Shown here piece after piece: positions 19,849-29,389 of a stretch of 46,449 bases of DNA; the first letter of the stretch is position 1, and each line of letters opens with the position of its first letter. This DNA comes from Polyangiaceae bacterium (lineage in GTDB: Bacteria > Myxococcota_A > Polyangia > Polyangiales > Polyangiaceae), in assembly GCA_035063585.1 (NCBI GenBank), contig JAPSGB010000036.1:1-46449 (forward strand). Direction: 5' to 3'. Both the position numbers and the translations under genes were made by a program. The notes under the pieces are model-generated. The model searched no databases, had not been told where the DNA came from, and worked only from the letters and a program-made list of their open reading frames with translations.

Positions 19849-22800
19849 TCCCGCCGGCCATGGCAGCCCGCCTCCCCTGGGTCGCGCTCGCGGTCGGGCT
19901 CGTGGCGTGGGCGGCGTACCTCCTCTGGGCGATACGCGTCGCCCGGCTCGGGCGCCGTCCGGTGCTGCTCGCGCTCTCGGTGGTCGGCGCCTTGCCCCTC
20001 GCCTACGTGGGCTTCACCTGGACGCGGCTCGTCCCCGAGACATACCTCCGCCTCGCGCGACCGGCGCTCGCGGCGCCGTGCGCGCTCGCGCTCGTGCTCA
20101 TCGCGCATCGGTTGCTCGGGCTCTCGTCGCGCCAAGGCGCCTCGAGGCGCATGCTCACCGAGGCCTTCATCGCGGCGTCCGCGCTCGCGGCTGCGCTCGC
20201 CATCATCGGCGTCGAGCTCGGCCGCCCCATCGATCGCGTGGCGCTGCTGGTCGCCATCGATCGCAGCCGCAGCATCGATCTCGTCCCGGGCGCCGACGCG
20301 CGCATCCGCGCCGAGCTCCAGGTCGCCGAGACGGGGATGCGCGACGACGATCTGATCGGCACCATCGCGTTCGGCGCCGACGCCGCGGTCGAGGATCCGC
20401 TCCGCCCGCGCTCCGCACTGCCGGCGCCTCAGCGCGTGGAGCTCGGTCGCGACGGCACCGATCTCGGCGCCGCCATCCGGCGCGCGCTCGCCGAGGTGCC
20501 CTCCGACGCGTCCGCACGCATCGTGCTCTTGAGCGACGGGGTGTCGACCCGCGGCGATCCGCTCGACGCCGCAGCCTCGGCGGTGGCCGCCGGCGTGCCC
20601 GTAGACGTAGTCCCGCTCGATCAGGCCGTGGTACCCGACGTGCGCCTGGTGGCAGTCCGGATGTCGCCGCGCGCGAACAAAGGCGAAACGCTCGAGATGC
20701 GGATCGTCACCTCGTCGACGCGCGCGACGCCGGTCGAGGTCCGCATCTACCGCGACGGCACGCTCATCCGTCGAGGCGACGCTCGGCTCCGGGCCGGGGA
20801 GGACGTGCTCAGCCTGCGTGAGCTGGCGCCCGAGCCGGGGCTGCACCGCTATGAGGTCGCGCTCACCGCGCAAGATCCCTCGGCGGACCAGGCGCCCGAA
20901 GACAACTCCGGCGCGACCTTCGTCCGCGTGCGCGGCGAGGCGACCGCGCTCGTCATGGACCACGACCCTGCGCTCGGCGCCGCGATGGTGCGCGCGCTCG
21001 AGGCCGCCGCGTTCCGGGCCGACGCCGTCGGGCCGAGCGGTGTGCCCGCCGATCTGGCTGGTTTTGCCGCTTACGACGTCGTCGTGCTCGGCGATATCTC
21101 CGCGCCGGAGCTCGCGCCTACCCAGCTCGCCGCGCTCGCCAGCTACGTGCGCGATCTCGGCGGCGGGCTCCTGCTCATGGGCGGCGATCGCGCCATGGGC
21201 CCGGGCGGTTACGGCAAGACGCCCATCGAGGAGGTGAGCCCGGTCTCCTTCGACATCAAGCAAGAGCGCCGGCGCGCCAGCCTCGCCGAGGTGATCGTCA
21301 TCGACTACTCGGGCTCGATGGCCATGAGCGTCGGCAGTCAGACCAAGCTCGAGCTCGCCAACGAGGCCGCCGCGCGCTCCGCCAAGCTGCTCGGGGCCGG
21401 CGACCGTCTCGGGGTGATGCACGTCGACACCGCCGTGAAGTGGACCGTGCCGCTCGGGCCGGTCACCGACCTCGAGGCCATCGTGAAGGCCATTCGCGCA
21501 GTCGGCCCGGGCGGTGGAGGGATCTACGTCGATCTCTCCCTCGAGACCGCTTACGCCGCGCTGGCGCGCGAGACGGTCAACCTGAAGCACGTGCTCTTGT
21601 TCTCCGATGGGTCGGACGCCGAGAACCACGCCGGCTCCTTCGTCTTGGCGAACACCGCGAAGGCGCGCGGGATCACCACCAGCGTGGTCGCGCTCGGCCA
21701 AGGCAGCGACGTGCCCGATCTCGAGCGCATCAGCAAGCTCGGCGGCGGACGCTTCTACTTGATCGAGGACGCCTCGCGGCTCCCCGCCGTGTTCGCGCAG
21801 GAGACCATCCTCGCCGCGCGCAGCAGCATCAACGAGGTCACCTTCAAGCCAACCCTCACCGCGATCAGCGGCCCGGTGCGCGGCATCGATTTCGGCGAGG
21901 CGCCGCCGCTCACGGGCTATGTCGTCACCATCCCGAAGGGCCGAGCGCAGGTGTTGCTCCGCGGACCCGAGGCCGACCCGGTGCTCGCCACCTGGAGCGT
22001 CGGCATCGGGCGCGCCGCAGCCTTCACCAGCGACTACAAGGACCGCTGGGGCGTGAGCTGGACGGGCTGGAGCGGCGCGACCCGGCTGTTCGGTCAGCTC
22101 GCGCGCGACATCGCCAGGGTCGCCGACGACCCGCACGTGCGCCTCGAGGCCGACGCCTCGGGCGGTGAGCTGCACGTGCGCGCCACCGTGGTCGACGATG
22201 ACGGGCGCACCGAGAGCTTCAAGCGGCTGAAGGCGCACGTGGGCGGACCGGACGGGTTCTCGCGCGAGGTCGCGCTCGAGGCGGTGGGCGCCGGAGCGTA
22301 CGCTGCCACCGTGCCGCTCAGCCGCCCGGGCTCGTACATCGTGACCGCGATCGACGAGCTCGGCGGAGAGCCGCTCGCCACCACCGGAGCCGCGCTCACC
22401 GCGGGCGAAGAGCTGCGACCGACCGGCACCGACCGCGCGCTGCTCGGGCGCATCGCGGCGATGACCGGCGGCAAGCTGCGCGACACCCTCGCCGGCGTCT
22501 TCGAAGAACGCGACGCGCTGCGCTTCGCGTATCGTAGCCTCGACGCGTGGCTCCTCGGCCTCTCGGCCTTCGCGCTCCTCTTCGGCGTGGCCGCCCGCCG
22601 CGTCGCGGTGCCGGAGTGGCTCGGCGGCGCGGGTGCGCGGCTCCGCGCCCGCGCTCGGCGCCGCGACGAGCGCCGACGAGAGCGCGCGCTTCATCGCCAA
22701 GCGAGCGCCGAGCGCACCGCCCAGGCGATGAGCGCGCTCCGCGGGGCGAAGGAGCGCTCCGTCACCCGCGTGGTCGACGACGCTCCGCCGCCGAGCGTGC

Positions 22801-22985
22801 CGCGCTTCGGTCAGGTTCGCCCCCCGCCGGTGGCGAGCCGCGCGCCGCCGCCGAGCGCGAGCCCCACCGCGCCGCCGGCCGCGACGCGCCAGCACACCTC
22901 GCAGGCGAGCGAGGGCCCGCCGCCCGAGCGCAAGCAGAGCGCCGCCGAGATCTTGTTGGCGAGGCGTCGCGGCCGGCGTCCTTGA
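19845..22985 (+). CDS. Multi-TM protein with two VWA domains and a GATase-like (DUF1355-type) domain
   Basis: DRSRS...GTDL...LLSDG; YDVVVLGD...GGGLLLMGGDRAMGPGGY; DYSGS...LFSDG; C-terminal TM. Start is GTG 19845 or ATG 19860. Confidence 0.88.
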   Translation: MIPPAMAARLPWVALAVGLVAWAAYLLWAIRVARLGRRPVLLALSVVGALPLAYVGFTWTRLVPETYLRLARPALAAPCALALVLIAHRLLGLSSRQGASRRMLTEAFIAASALAAALAIIGVELGRPIDRVALLVAIDRSRSIDLVPGADARIRAELQVAETGMRDDDLIGTIAFGADAAVEDPLRPRSALPAPQRVELGRDGTDLGAAIRRALAEVPSDASARIVLLSDGVSTRGDPLDAAASAVAAGVPVDVVPLDQAVVPDVRLVAVRMSPRANKGETLEMRIVTSSTRATPVEVRIYRDGTLIRRGDARLRAGEDVLSLRELAPEPGLHRYEVALTAQDPSADQAPEDNSGATFVRVRGEATALVMDHDPALGAAMVRALEAAAFRADAVGPSGVPADLAGFAAYDVVVLGDISAPELAPTQLAALASYVRDLGGGLLLMGGDRAMGPGGYGKTPIEEVSPVSFDIKQERRRASLAEVIVIDYSGSMAMSVGSQTKLELANEAAARSAKLLGAGDRLGVMHVDTAVKWTVPLGPVTDLEAIVKAIRAVGPGGGGIYVDLSLETAYAALARETVNLKHVLLFSDGSDAENHAGSFVLANTAKARGITTSVVALGQGSDVPDLERISKLGGGRFYLIEDASRLPAVFAQETILAARSSINEVTFKPTLTAISGPVRGIDFGEAPPLTGYVVTIPKGRAQVLLRGPEADPVLATWSVGIGRAAAFTSDYKDRWGVSWTGWSGATRLFGQLARDIARVADDPHVRLEADASGGELHVRATVVDDDGRTESFKRLKAHVGGPDGFSREVALEAVGAGAYAATVPLSRPGSYIVTAIDELGGEPLATTGAALTAGEELRPTGTDRALLGRIAAMTGGKLRDTLAGVFEERDALRFAYRSLDAWLLGLSAFALLFGVAARRVAVPEWLGGAGARLRARARRRDERRRERALHRQASAERTAQAMSALRGAKERSVTRVVDDAPPPSVPRFGQVRPPPVASRAPPPSASPTAPPAATRQHTSQASEGPPPERKQSAAEILLARRRGRRP

Positions 22986-23047
22986 CCGCTCGTCGCGCGC
23001 GCGGCGCGGTGCGCCGTGAAGCTCGACCGCGTGATAGGCTCGGCGCG

Positions 23048-23698
23048 ATGCGCGCCCTCTCGATCTCGCTCGCGGCGAGCGCGTTCGTCTCCTGCGCGCC
23101 GAGCGTCACGCCGTGCCTCGGGGCGAGCGCGTGCGGCGCGGGTCGCGAGTGCCTCGCGAACCGCTGCGTCGCGGAGGGCGGCGAGCCGGTCGACGCGGCC
23201 ACCGAGCGCGTGGTCAGCGAGCCGCTCGCGATGGCGGTCGTGAGCGCCGCCGAGCACCACGCCACGCTCCCCGGCGCGGTCACCTTCGGCGGCGCGACAG
23301 GTCCGCTCGCGCTCTACCTCCGGTTTCCCGCGCTCGCGCCGCGCGCTCGGATCGCGGCGGCGTTCTTGCTCCTCGAGCCCGCGCCCGGCGGGCTCCGCGG
23401 CACGACAGACGTGCCCGTCGAGGTGTGGCGCGTCACCGGCGCCTGGCGACCGGGAGCGCTCCGCTGGCTCGCGCAGCCCACGCTCGAGGGGCCGTCGAGC
23501 CCCGGCCTCGCGCGCGCCGCGCCGCCGCAGACCCTCCGCATCGACGTCACCGCGCTCGCGCGCGCGAGCGCCGCGCGGCCGGAGAGCGCGCGCGGGCTCG
23601 TGGTCCGAAGCCGCTCCGCGTTGCCGCCGGGCGCGTCGTTCGCGACCGGGACGGCAGGTGGCCGCGCGCCGCGGCTCGAAGTGTACCTCGCGCGATGA
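23048..23698 (+). CDS. Putative lipoprotein with Cys-rich N-terminus and DNRLRE/CBM96-like domain
   Basis: FVSC lipobox-like site; YLRF...AAFLLL...W...W..QP...IDVT...PRLEVY pattern; ATG 23048. Confidence 0.6.
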   Translation: MRALSISLAASAFVSCAPSVTPCLGASACGAGRECLANRCVAEGGEPVDAATERVVSEPLAMAVVSAAEHHATLPGAVTFGGATGPLALYLRFPALAPRARIAAAFLLLEPAPGGLRGTTDVPVEVWRVTGAWRPGALRWLAQPTLEGPSSPGLARAAPPQTLRIDVTALARASAARPESARGLVVRSRSALPPGASFATGTAGGRAPRLEVYLAR

Positions 23699-23731
23699 GG
23701 CGCCGAGCGACGTGCTAACGTGAGCCCGCTC

Positions 23732-24742
23732 ATGGCGGAGCCACTGCTCAGCGTCCAGCACCTGGTGACCGCGTTCGACACCGAGCGCGGCCGCGTGTGC
23801 GCGGTGGATGACGTCTCCTTCGAGATCGCCGAGCGCTCCACGCTCGCCGTCGTCGGCGAGAGCGGCTGCGGCAAGAGCGTGACGGCGCTCAGCGTGATGC
23901 GGCTGGTGCAGTCGCCACCCGGTCGAGTCGAGGGCGGCCGCGTCCTCTTGCGCGGGCGCGAGCTGCTCGCCCTGCCCGAGCGCGAGATGCGTCGAGTGCG
24001 GGGCAACACCATCTCGATGATCTTCCAGGAGCCGATGACCTCGCTGAACCCGGTCTACACCGTCGGCTCGCAGCTCATCGAGGCGATCCGCATCCACCGG
24101 CGGGTGAGCCGGCGCGCGGCGCGCGAGCGGGCGATCCACATGCTCGAGCTGGTCGGCATCCCCTCGGCCTCCGAGCGCGTGGACAGCTATCCGCACGAGC
24201 TCTCGGGCGGGATGCGCCAGCGGGTGATGATCGCGATGGCGCTCTCGTGCGACCCGACCCTGCTCATCGCCGACGAGCCGACCACCGCGCTCGACGTCAC
24301 CATCCAGGCGCAGATCCTGGATCTCCTCGGTAGGCTCCAGGAAGAGCTCGGCATGGGCATCATGTTCATCACCCACGATCTCGGGGTGGTGGCGGAGTTC
24401 GCGAGCCACGTCGCGGTGATGTACGCCGGCCGCGTGGTGGAGACGGGCACCGTCCTCGAGCTCTTCCGCGAGCCGCGTCATCCGTACACGCAGGGGCTGC
24501 TCGCGAGCGTGCCGCCCATGGGCGCCGCGCGCGGCCGCGAGCGCCCCCGACGCCTGCCGACCATCGAGGGCATGGTGCCGGACCTCGCGAACCTGCCCCC
24601 GGGGTGTCGCTTCGCGGAGCGCTGCGCGCTCTACGCCTCGCGTCCGCCCGGGCACGAACGCTGCGTCACCGTCGAGCCGGAGCTCATCGAGCTCGGCCCC
24701 GGGCGAGCCGCGCGCTGCCACTACGCGAAGGACGCCCCATGA
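23732..24742 (+). CDS. oppD: Oligopeptide/dipeptide ABC transporter ATP-binding subunit
   Basis: [44 protein letters not shown]-terminal Cys motif. Confidence 0.92.
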   Translation: MAEPLLSVQHLVTAFDTERGRVCAVDDVSFEIAERSTLAVVGESGCGKSVTALSVMRLVQSPPGRVEGGRVLLRGRELLALPEREMRRVRGNTISMIFQEPMTSLNPVYTVGSQLIEAIRIHRRVSRRAARERAIHMLELVGIPSASERVDSYPHELSGGMRQRVMIAMALSCDPTLLIADEPTTALDVTIQAQILDLLGRLQEELGMGIMFITHDLGVVAEFASHVAVMYAGRVVETGTVLELFREPRHPYTQGLLASVPPMGAARGRERPRRLPTIEGMVPDLANLPPGCRFAERCALYASRPPGHERCVTVEPELIELGPGRAARCHYAKDAP

Positions 24743-25800
24743 CCGACGCTCCCGAAGCGACCCCGAGCGCGACCGGCCACGACGCTCCCGAAGCCGAGGT
24801 GGAGCGCGGTCGAGCGCGCGAGCGTCACCCGCTGGTCCAGGTCGACCGCCTCTCGAAGCTCTTCCCGGTGCGGCGGGGGCTCCTCTCGCGCACGCGCTTC
24901 GTACACGCCGTCGACGGCGTGTCGCTCTACGTGCGCGCCGGCGAGACGCTCGGACTGGTCGGCGAGAGTGGCTGCGGCAAGAGCACCCTCGGGCGCACGA
25001 TGCTCCGGCTCATCGAGCCGACCTACGGGCGCATCCACTTCGACGGTGAAGACATCACCCGCATCCCCCAGCGGCGGCTCCGCCCGCGCCGGCGCCGGAT
25101 GCAGCTCATCTTTCAGGACCCGTATTCCTCGCTGAACCCGCGCATGACCGTGCGCGCCACCCTGTCGGAGGCGCTCCGCATCCATGGTCTGGTGGGCTCG
25201 CGCTCGGAGGAGGAGGGGCGAGTCGAGAGCCTGCTCCGGCGTGTCGGGCTCCGCCCGGAGGCGATGAGTCGCTATCCTCACGAGTTCAGCGGAGGGCAAC
25301 GCCAGCGCATCGGCATCGCGCGCGCGCTGGCGGTCGAGCCGGACTTCATCGTCTGCGACGAGCCGATCAGCGCCCTCGACGTCTCGATCCAAGCTCAGAT
25401 AGTAAACTTACTACTTGACCTTCAGGACGAGCTCGGGCTGAGCTACCTGTTCGTCTCGCACGACCTCAAGGTGGTCGAGTACGTGAGCCACCGGGTGGCG
25501 GTGATGTACCTCGGCAAGCTGGTGGAGGTCGCGCCGGCCGCCGCGCTCTACGCGAGGCGCCACCACCCCTACACGCGTGCGCTCCTCAGCGCGATCCCGG
25601 TCCCGGATCCCTCACGGCGACGGCTCCGTATCCTGCTCGAGGGGGACGTCCCCTCGCCCATCGATCCGCCGGCGGGCTGCGCCTTCCATCCGCGCTGCCC
25701 GCGCGCAGAGCCGGGAAAGTGCGACGTCGAGACGCCGCCGCTCGTAGAAATCGAGCCGGGCAGCCACCACCGCGTCGCCTGCTTCCATCCCTACGTGTGA
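24739..25800 (+). CDS. oppF: Oligopeptide/dipeptide ABC transporter ATP-binding subunit
   Basis: [54 protein letters not shown] 24739 overlaps the oppD stop. Confidence 0.92.
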   Translation: MTDAPEATPSATGHDAPEAEVERGRARERHPLVQVDRLSKLFPVRRGLLSRTRFVHAVDGVSLYVRAGETLGLVGESGCGKSTLGRTMLRLIEPTYGRIHFDGEDITRIPQRRLRPRRRRMQLIFQDPYSSLNPRMTVRATLSEALRIHGLVGSRSEEEGRVESLLRRVGLRPEAMSRYPHEFSGGQRQRIGIARALAVEPDFIVCDEPISALDVSIQAQIVNLLLDLQDELGLSYLFVSHDLKVVEYVSHRVAVMYLGKLVEVAPAAALYARRHHPYTRALLSAIPVPDPSRRRLRILLEGDVPSPIDPPAGCAFHPRCPRAEPGKCDVETPPLVEIEPGSHHRVACFHPYV

Positions 25801-25871
25801 CGGGCGGAGGGTCTGCCGGTCCGGCGCGGCCGGCGCCGCGCGCCCGGCGCTCGCTCTCGCCGCGAACCGGG

Positions 25872-25900
25872 TTGACTTCGCGGGGAGGCGTCGGTCTGCT
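25872..25900 (+). promoter_or_regulatory. Putative sigma70-type leaderless promoter of the ybjQ operon
   Basis: TTGACT-N17-TCTGCT-N6-ATG(25907). The -35 is near consensus; the -10 is atypical. Confidence 0.45.
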
Positions 25901-25906
25901 CGCCGC

Positions 25907-26245
25907 ATGGTCCCGCACTCGATACCCATCCTCACCACCCTCGAGCCTCCCCCGGGGATGTCGATCAGGCGCGTCGTCGGGCCCACCTGGGGCATCACGG
26001 TCCGCTCACGCAGCGTGGTGGGCACCGCCTGCGCCGGCTGCCAGCAGATCTTCGGCGGTGAAATCTCCGCGCTCACCGTGCTCGCGAACGAGTCGCGAAA
26101 CGAGGCGATGCACCGCCTCGAACAGCACGCCATCGCGCTCGGCGCGAACTGCGTGCTCGGCATGCGGTTCGACTCGAGCGAGTTGATGCAGAACACCAAC
26201 GAGATCGTCTGCTACGGCACCGCGGTCGTCATCGGCAGTGAATGA
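25907..26245 (+). CDS. YbjQ/UPF0145 family protein
   Basis: GITVRSR, GGEI, SRNEAMHRL..HA..LGAN.VLGMRFD and YGTAV motifs. Confidence 0.88.
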   Translation: MVPHSIPILTTLEPPPGMSIRRVVGPTWGITVRSRSVVGTACAGCQQIFGGEISALTVLANESRNEAMHRLEQHAIALGANCVLGMRFDSSELMQNTNEIVCYGTAVVIGSE

Positions 26246-26847
26246 GGGCGCCGCGACCGCCCCGCGCGGTGCTCCGGCGCATCGATCGGCTGTCGCGCGC
26301 CGCGCACCGCTTCCACCGCTTCGCGCACCATCCGCTCTGCGCGGCGTACGAGGGCGAGCTCTACCGGCTCGGCCCACGCATCCGCGTGTGTCGCGGCTGC
26401 ACGCTCGCCCTGGTGGGCGGCGCGGCCGGGCTCGGCGCCGGCCTCGTCGCCCGCCCGGCGCTGCTCCTCGGGCTCGGCGCCCTCGCGGTCGGCCTCCTCT
26501 TGCTACCGCTCCGGCACGGCGGCAAGTGGCGCTCGCGCTTCGCGCCGGCGTTCGCGACCGGGTTCGGCGCAGCGAGCGGCGTCATCCCGCTCGCCGCGGC
26601 GGCGCTCATCGTCTTCATGGTCCTCCGTGGCTACCGTCGGCGCGGGCCGGACCGCACCCCATGCCTCACCTGCGCCGAGCGCAGCGCGCAGCCCTGCAGC
26701 GGCGTATTGCCGATCGTGCGGCGCGAGCGCGCGTTCCAGCGGCGCGCGAGCGCGCTCTGGGACGCCGGCGCGCGCCCCCGCATGGCTCCCGATGGGCACG
26801 CGCGACCGCGGCTCCTCGCGCCGCCCCTCTTCCGGCGGACGCCGTGA
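26242..26847 (+). CDS. Hypothetical membrane protein with His/Cys clusters
   Basis: HRFAHHPLC, CRGC, about 3 TM segments, PCLTC...PC; overlaps both neighbours (ATGA, TGATG). Confidence 0.65.
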   Translation: MRAPRPPRAVLRRIDRLSRAAHRFHRFAHHPLCAAYEGELYRLGPRIRVCRGCTLALVGGAAGLGAGLVARPALLLGLGALAVGLLLLPLRHGGKWRSRFAPAFATGFGAASGVIPLAAAALIVFMVLRGYRRRGPDRTPCLTCAERSAQPCSGVLPIVRRERAFQRRASALWDAGARPRMAPDGHARPRLLAPPLFRRTP

Positions 26848-27527
26848 TGCAAACGCGCGCGCGCGAGGTGGCGCTGCTCCTGTACGACGAGGTCGATCTG
26901 CTCGACGTGGCGGGCCCCCTGGCCGTGCTCAGCACCGTGGGGCGCGCCTGGAACTGGCGGCCGTTCAAGGTGTCGACCGTCGCGCTGAGGCCCGGCCCCG
27001 TGGTGACGCGCCATCAGCTCGTCATCGAGGCCGCGCGCGCGCTCGACGCGCTCCCCGCGCCCGAGTTGATCATCGTGCCGGGCGGCTACGGCGCGCGCCG
27101 CGCGCTCGCCGAGCCCGCCCTCATTTCCTGGCTCTCGCGCGCGGGCGGCGGCGCAGAGCACGTCCTCGCGGTGGGCGCGGGGGTGCTCCTCCTCGCGCAC
27201 GCCGGGCTCCTCGAGGACGACGCCGAAGTGGCGCTCCCGCGCGCCCTCACCGCCGAGCTCGCCGAGCTCGCGCCGAGGGTGACCGCGCTCCCCGACGCGG
27301 CTCCCCGCACGAGCGGCCGCGTAAGCACCACCGCCACCGGCGCGTCGAGCATCGACGCGACGCTGGAGATGATCGCTCGTCTGCTCGGCGCGAAGCTCGC
27401 GCTCGGCGCCGCGCGCGAGCTCGGCGCGGGGTGGCATCCGGCGTCCGGCGCGCCCCCCGGGCTCTCCCTCGCCGGCGAGCCCGGACCCATCGCCATCCAC
27501 GAGGCGCGCGGCCCGCGCGACGAGTAG
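26847..27527 (+). CDS. DJ-1/PfpI (InhA/GlxA N-domain-like) protein
   Basis: VALLLYDEVDLLDVAGP, LIIVPGGYG, LAHAGLL; true start ATG 26847. Confidence 0.82.
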   Translation: MQTRAREVALLLYDEVDLLDVAGPLAVLSTVGRAWNWRPFKVSTVALRPGPVVTRHQLVIEAARALDALPAPELIIVPGGYGARRALAEPALISWLSRAGGGAEHVLAVGAGVLLLAHAGLLEDDAEVALPRALTAELAELAPRVTALPDAAPRTSGRVSTTATGASSIDATLEMIARLLGAKLALGAARELGAGWHPASGAPPGLSLAGEPGPIAIHEARGPRDE

Positions 27528-27610
27528 GCGCGCGCGGGCCTCCCGGCCCCTCGACCGGTGCCGCTCCGCGGCGTAGACTACCGTCCCGCTCCGCGCGCGG
27601 GGCCTCGAAC

Positions 27611-29284
27611 ATGCGAAGACTTCCCCGCTTCATCCTCATCGGAGCGCTCGCCTCGGCGCTCGCCGGCTGCGCCGAGGGCTCGGACGTCCCCTACGGGGCG
27701 GCGACGGGAGGCGTCGCGGGGCAGGACTCCGGGGCGAGCGGCGGCGCCTCGTCGGCGGGAGCGGCGGGTGGCGGCGGCGCGGGCGCGGCCGGCGGCACCG
27801 CCAACCCGTGCGCCGGGGTGACCTGCAATACGCCCCCCGCGAACACCTGCCTCGACGAGGACACCCTCCAAGTTCATGGCGCGACCGGCACCTGCGACGA
27901 CGGGCAGTGCTCGTACTCCTCGTCGACGACGGCGTGCCCGTGCAAGAACGGCGCCTGCACCACCAACCCGTGCATCGGCGTCACCTGCAACACGCCCCCG
28001 GCGAACCGTTGCGCGGACGGCTCCACGCTCACCGTGTACGACGCTCCGGGCAGCTGCCACGAGGGCGCGTGCTCATACACGACCCACGCGCAGTACTGCG
28101 CCTACGGGTGCGACGCCGACACCTGCACGGGCGACCCTTGCGCGGGGAAGTCCTGCCTCGCGCCTCCCGCGAACTACTGCTCGAGCGCGAGTGAGCTCAC
28201 CATCTACGAGGCGAGCGGCACCTGCCAGGACGGCAACTGCGGCTACGACAAGCACACCGCCTTCTGCCAGTACGGGTGCGCGAACGGCGTGTGCGCCGGC
28301 GACCCCTGCGCGGGCGTGTCGTGCCAGAGCCCGCAGGCGAGCTTCTGCGTCGACGCGAACAGCCTGCGCGTGTTCGGCGCGCCCGGGAGCTGCAACCAGG
28401 GCGTCTGCACCTACCCGTCGAACGATGAGGCCTGCGCGCACGGCTGCGTCTCGGGCGTCTGTCGCGACTGCGCCACCTCGACCGACTGCGACGCGGGCAA
28501 GCGCTGCGATGGCGGAAAATGCGTCGCGTGCGACACGCCAGCCACGTGCGGCCCGACCTGCGGCGCGTGCACCGGCGCGACGCCGGCCTGCGGCGGCGCC
28601 GCGCTCGGCTGCCAATGCACGATGAGCCCGGACTCCTGCGGCGGCCAGACGGTCTTCTGCAGCGCAGGGAGCTGCGTCGCCTGCGGCCCCTCCGCGTGCG
28701 GCAATGGTCGCTGCGACTGCGGCGAGACCGCGGCGTCCTGCGCCGCCGACTGCCGCCCCGCGTGCCCGACGCCGCTGTCGCTCGGGACCTTCGACGCCGG
28801 CGCCGACGGCTGGACCTTCGACGGCCTCTGGCGCCGCGAGAGCGGCGGCTACATGGTGGCCGGCTCGGGCACCAAGTACGCGAGCTCCTACACCCAGAAC
28901 CTGACCAGCGGCACCAGCGTCGATCTGTCGAGCTGCGCGAGCGCGATGCTCGGCTACTCGGTGCGGCTGAACGATGACCCCAACTACGACAGGAAGGGCT
29001 CCGACAAGTCCGAGCGCCTCTACGTTCAATGCTCCGGAGACGGTGGCGGCTCCTGGACGAACCTCACACCGAGCCCATGGCCGAAGAACCAGAGCGCCTG
29101 CTCGTCGAGCTACTGCTCGGGCTCCTACGGCAATGACCGCAGCTTCCCCTCTACGCTCCAATCGCTCGCGCTGCCTGCTGCGTGCCGCACGAGCGCGGTC
29201 AAGATCCGCTTCCAGGCCAAGGGCGCGTCGGCCTGGAACCTCCAAAACCCCGGCTGGTACGTCGACTCCGTCACCGTCGACTGA
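27611..29284 (+). CDS. Cys-rich repeat lipoprotein with C-terminal beta-sandwich (MAM-like) domain
   Basis: LAGC lipobox, Gly linker, four 8-Cys repeats, CGNGRCDCGE, C-terminal PGWYVDSV; ATG 27611. Confidence 0.82.
   Translation: MRRLPRFILIGALASALAGCAEGSDVPYGAATGGVAGQDSGASGGASSAGAAGGGGAGAAGGTANPCAGVTCNTPPANTCLDEDTLQVHGATGTCDDGQCSYSSSTTACPCKNGACTTNPCIGVTCNTPPANRCADGSTLTVYDAPGSCHEGACSYTTHAQYCAYGCDADTCTGDPCAGKSCLAPPANYCSSASELTIYEASGTCQDGNCGYDKHTAFCQYGCANGVCAGDPCAGVSCQSPQASFCVDANSLRVFGAPGSCNQGVCTYPSNDEACAHGCVSGVCRDCATSTDCDAGKRCDGGKCVACDTPATCGPTCGACTGATPACGGAALGCQCTMSPDSCGGQTVFCSAGSCVACGPSACGNGRCDCGETAASCAADCRPACPTPLSLGTFDAGADGWTFDGLWRRESGGYMVAGSGTKYASSYTQNLTSGTSVDLSSCASAMLGYSVRLNDDPNYDRKGSDKSERLYVQCSGDGGGSWTNLTPSPWPKNQSACSSSYCSGSYGNDRSFPSTLQSLALPAACRTSAVKIRFQAKGASAWNLQNPGWYVDSVTVD
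27806..28468 (+). repeat. Four diverged 54-56 aa coding repeats (PCxGxxCxxPxAxxC...)
   Basis: Units begin at 27806, 27968, 28136 and 28304, with conserved Cys spacing. Confidence 0.85.
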
Positions 29285-29389
29285 CTCGCACGCGAGGCCG
29301 GAGCTTCGCGACCGCCCGCCGGCGAGCGACGCTCGCGGCGACTTGCCGCGCGGCGCGGCTTCCCGCATCCTCCCGGAAGCGGAGCTGAA

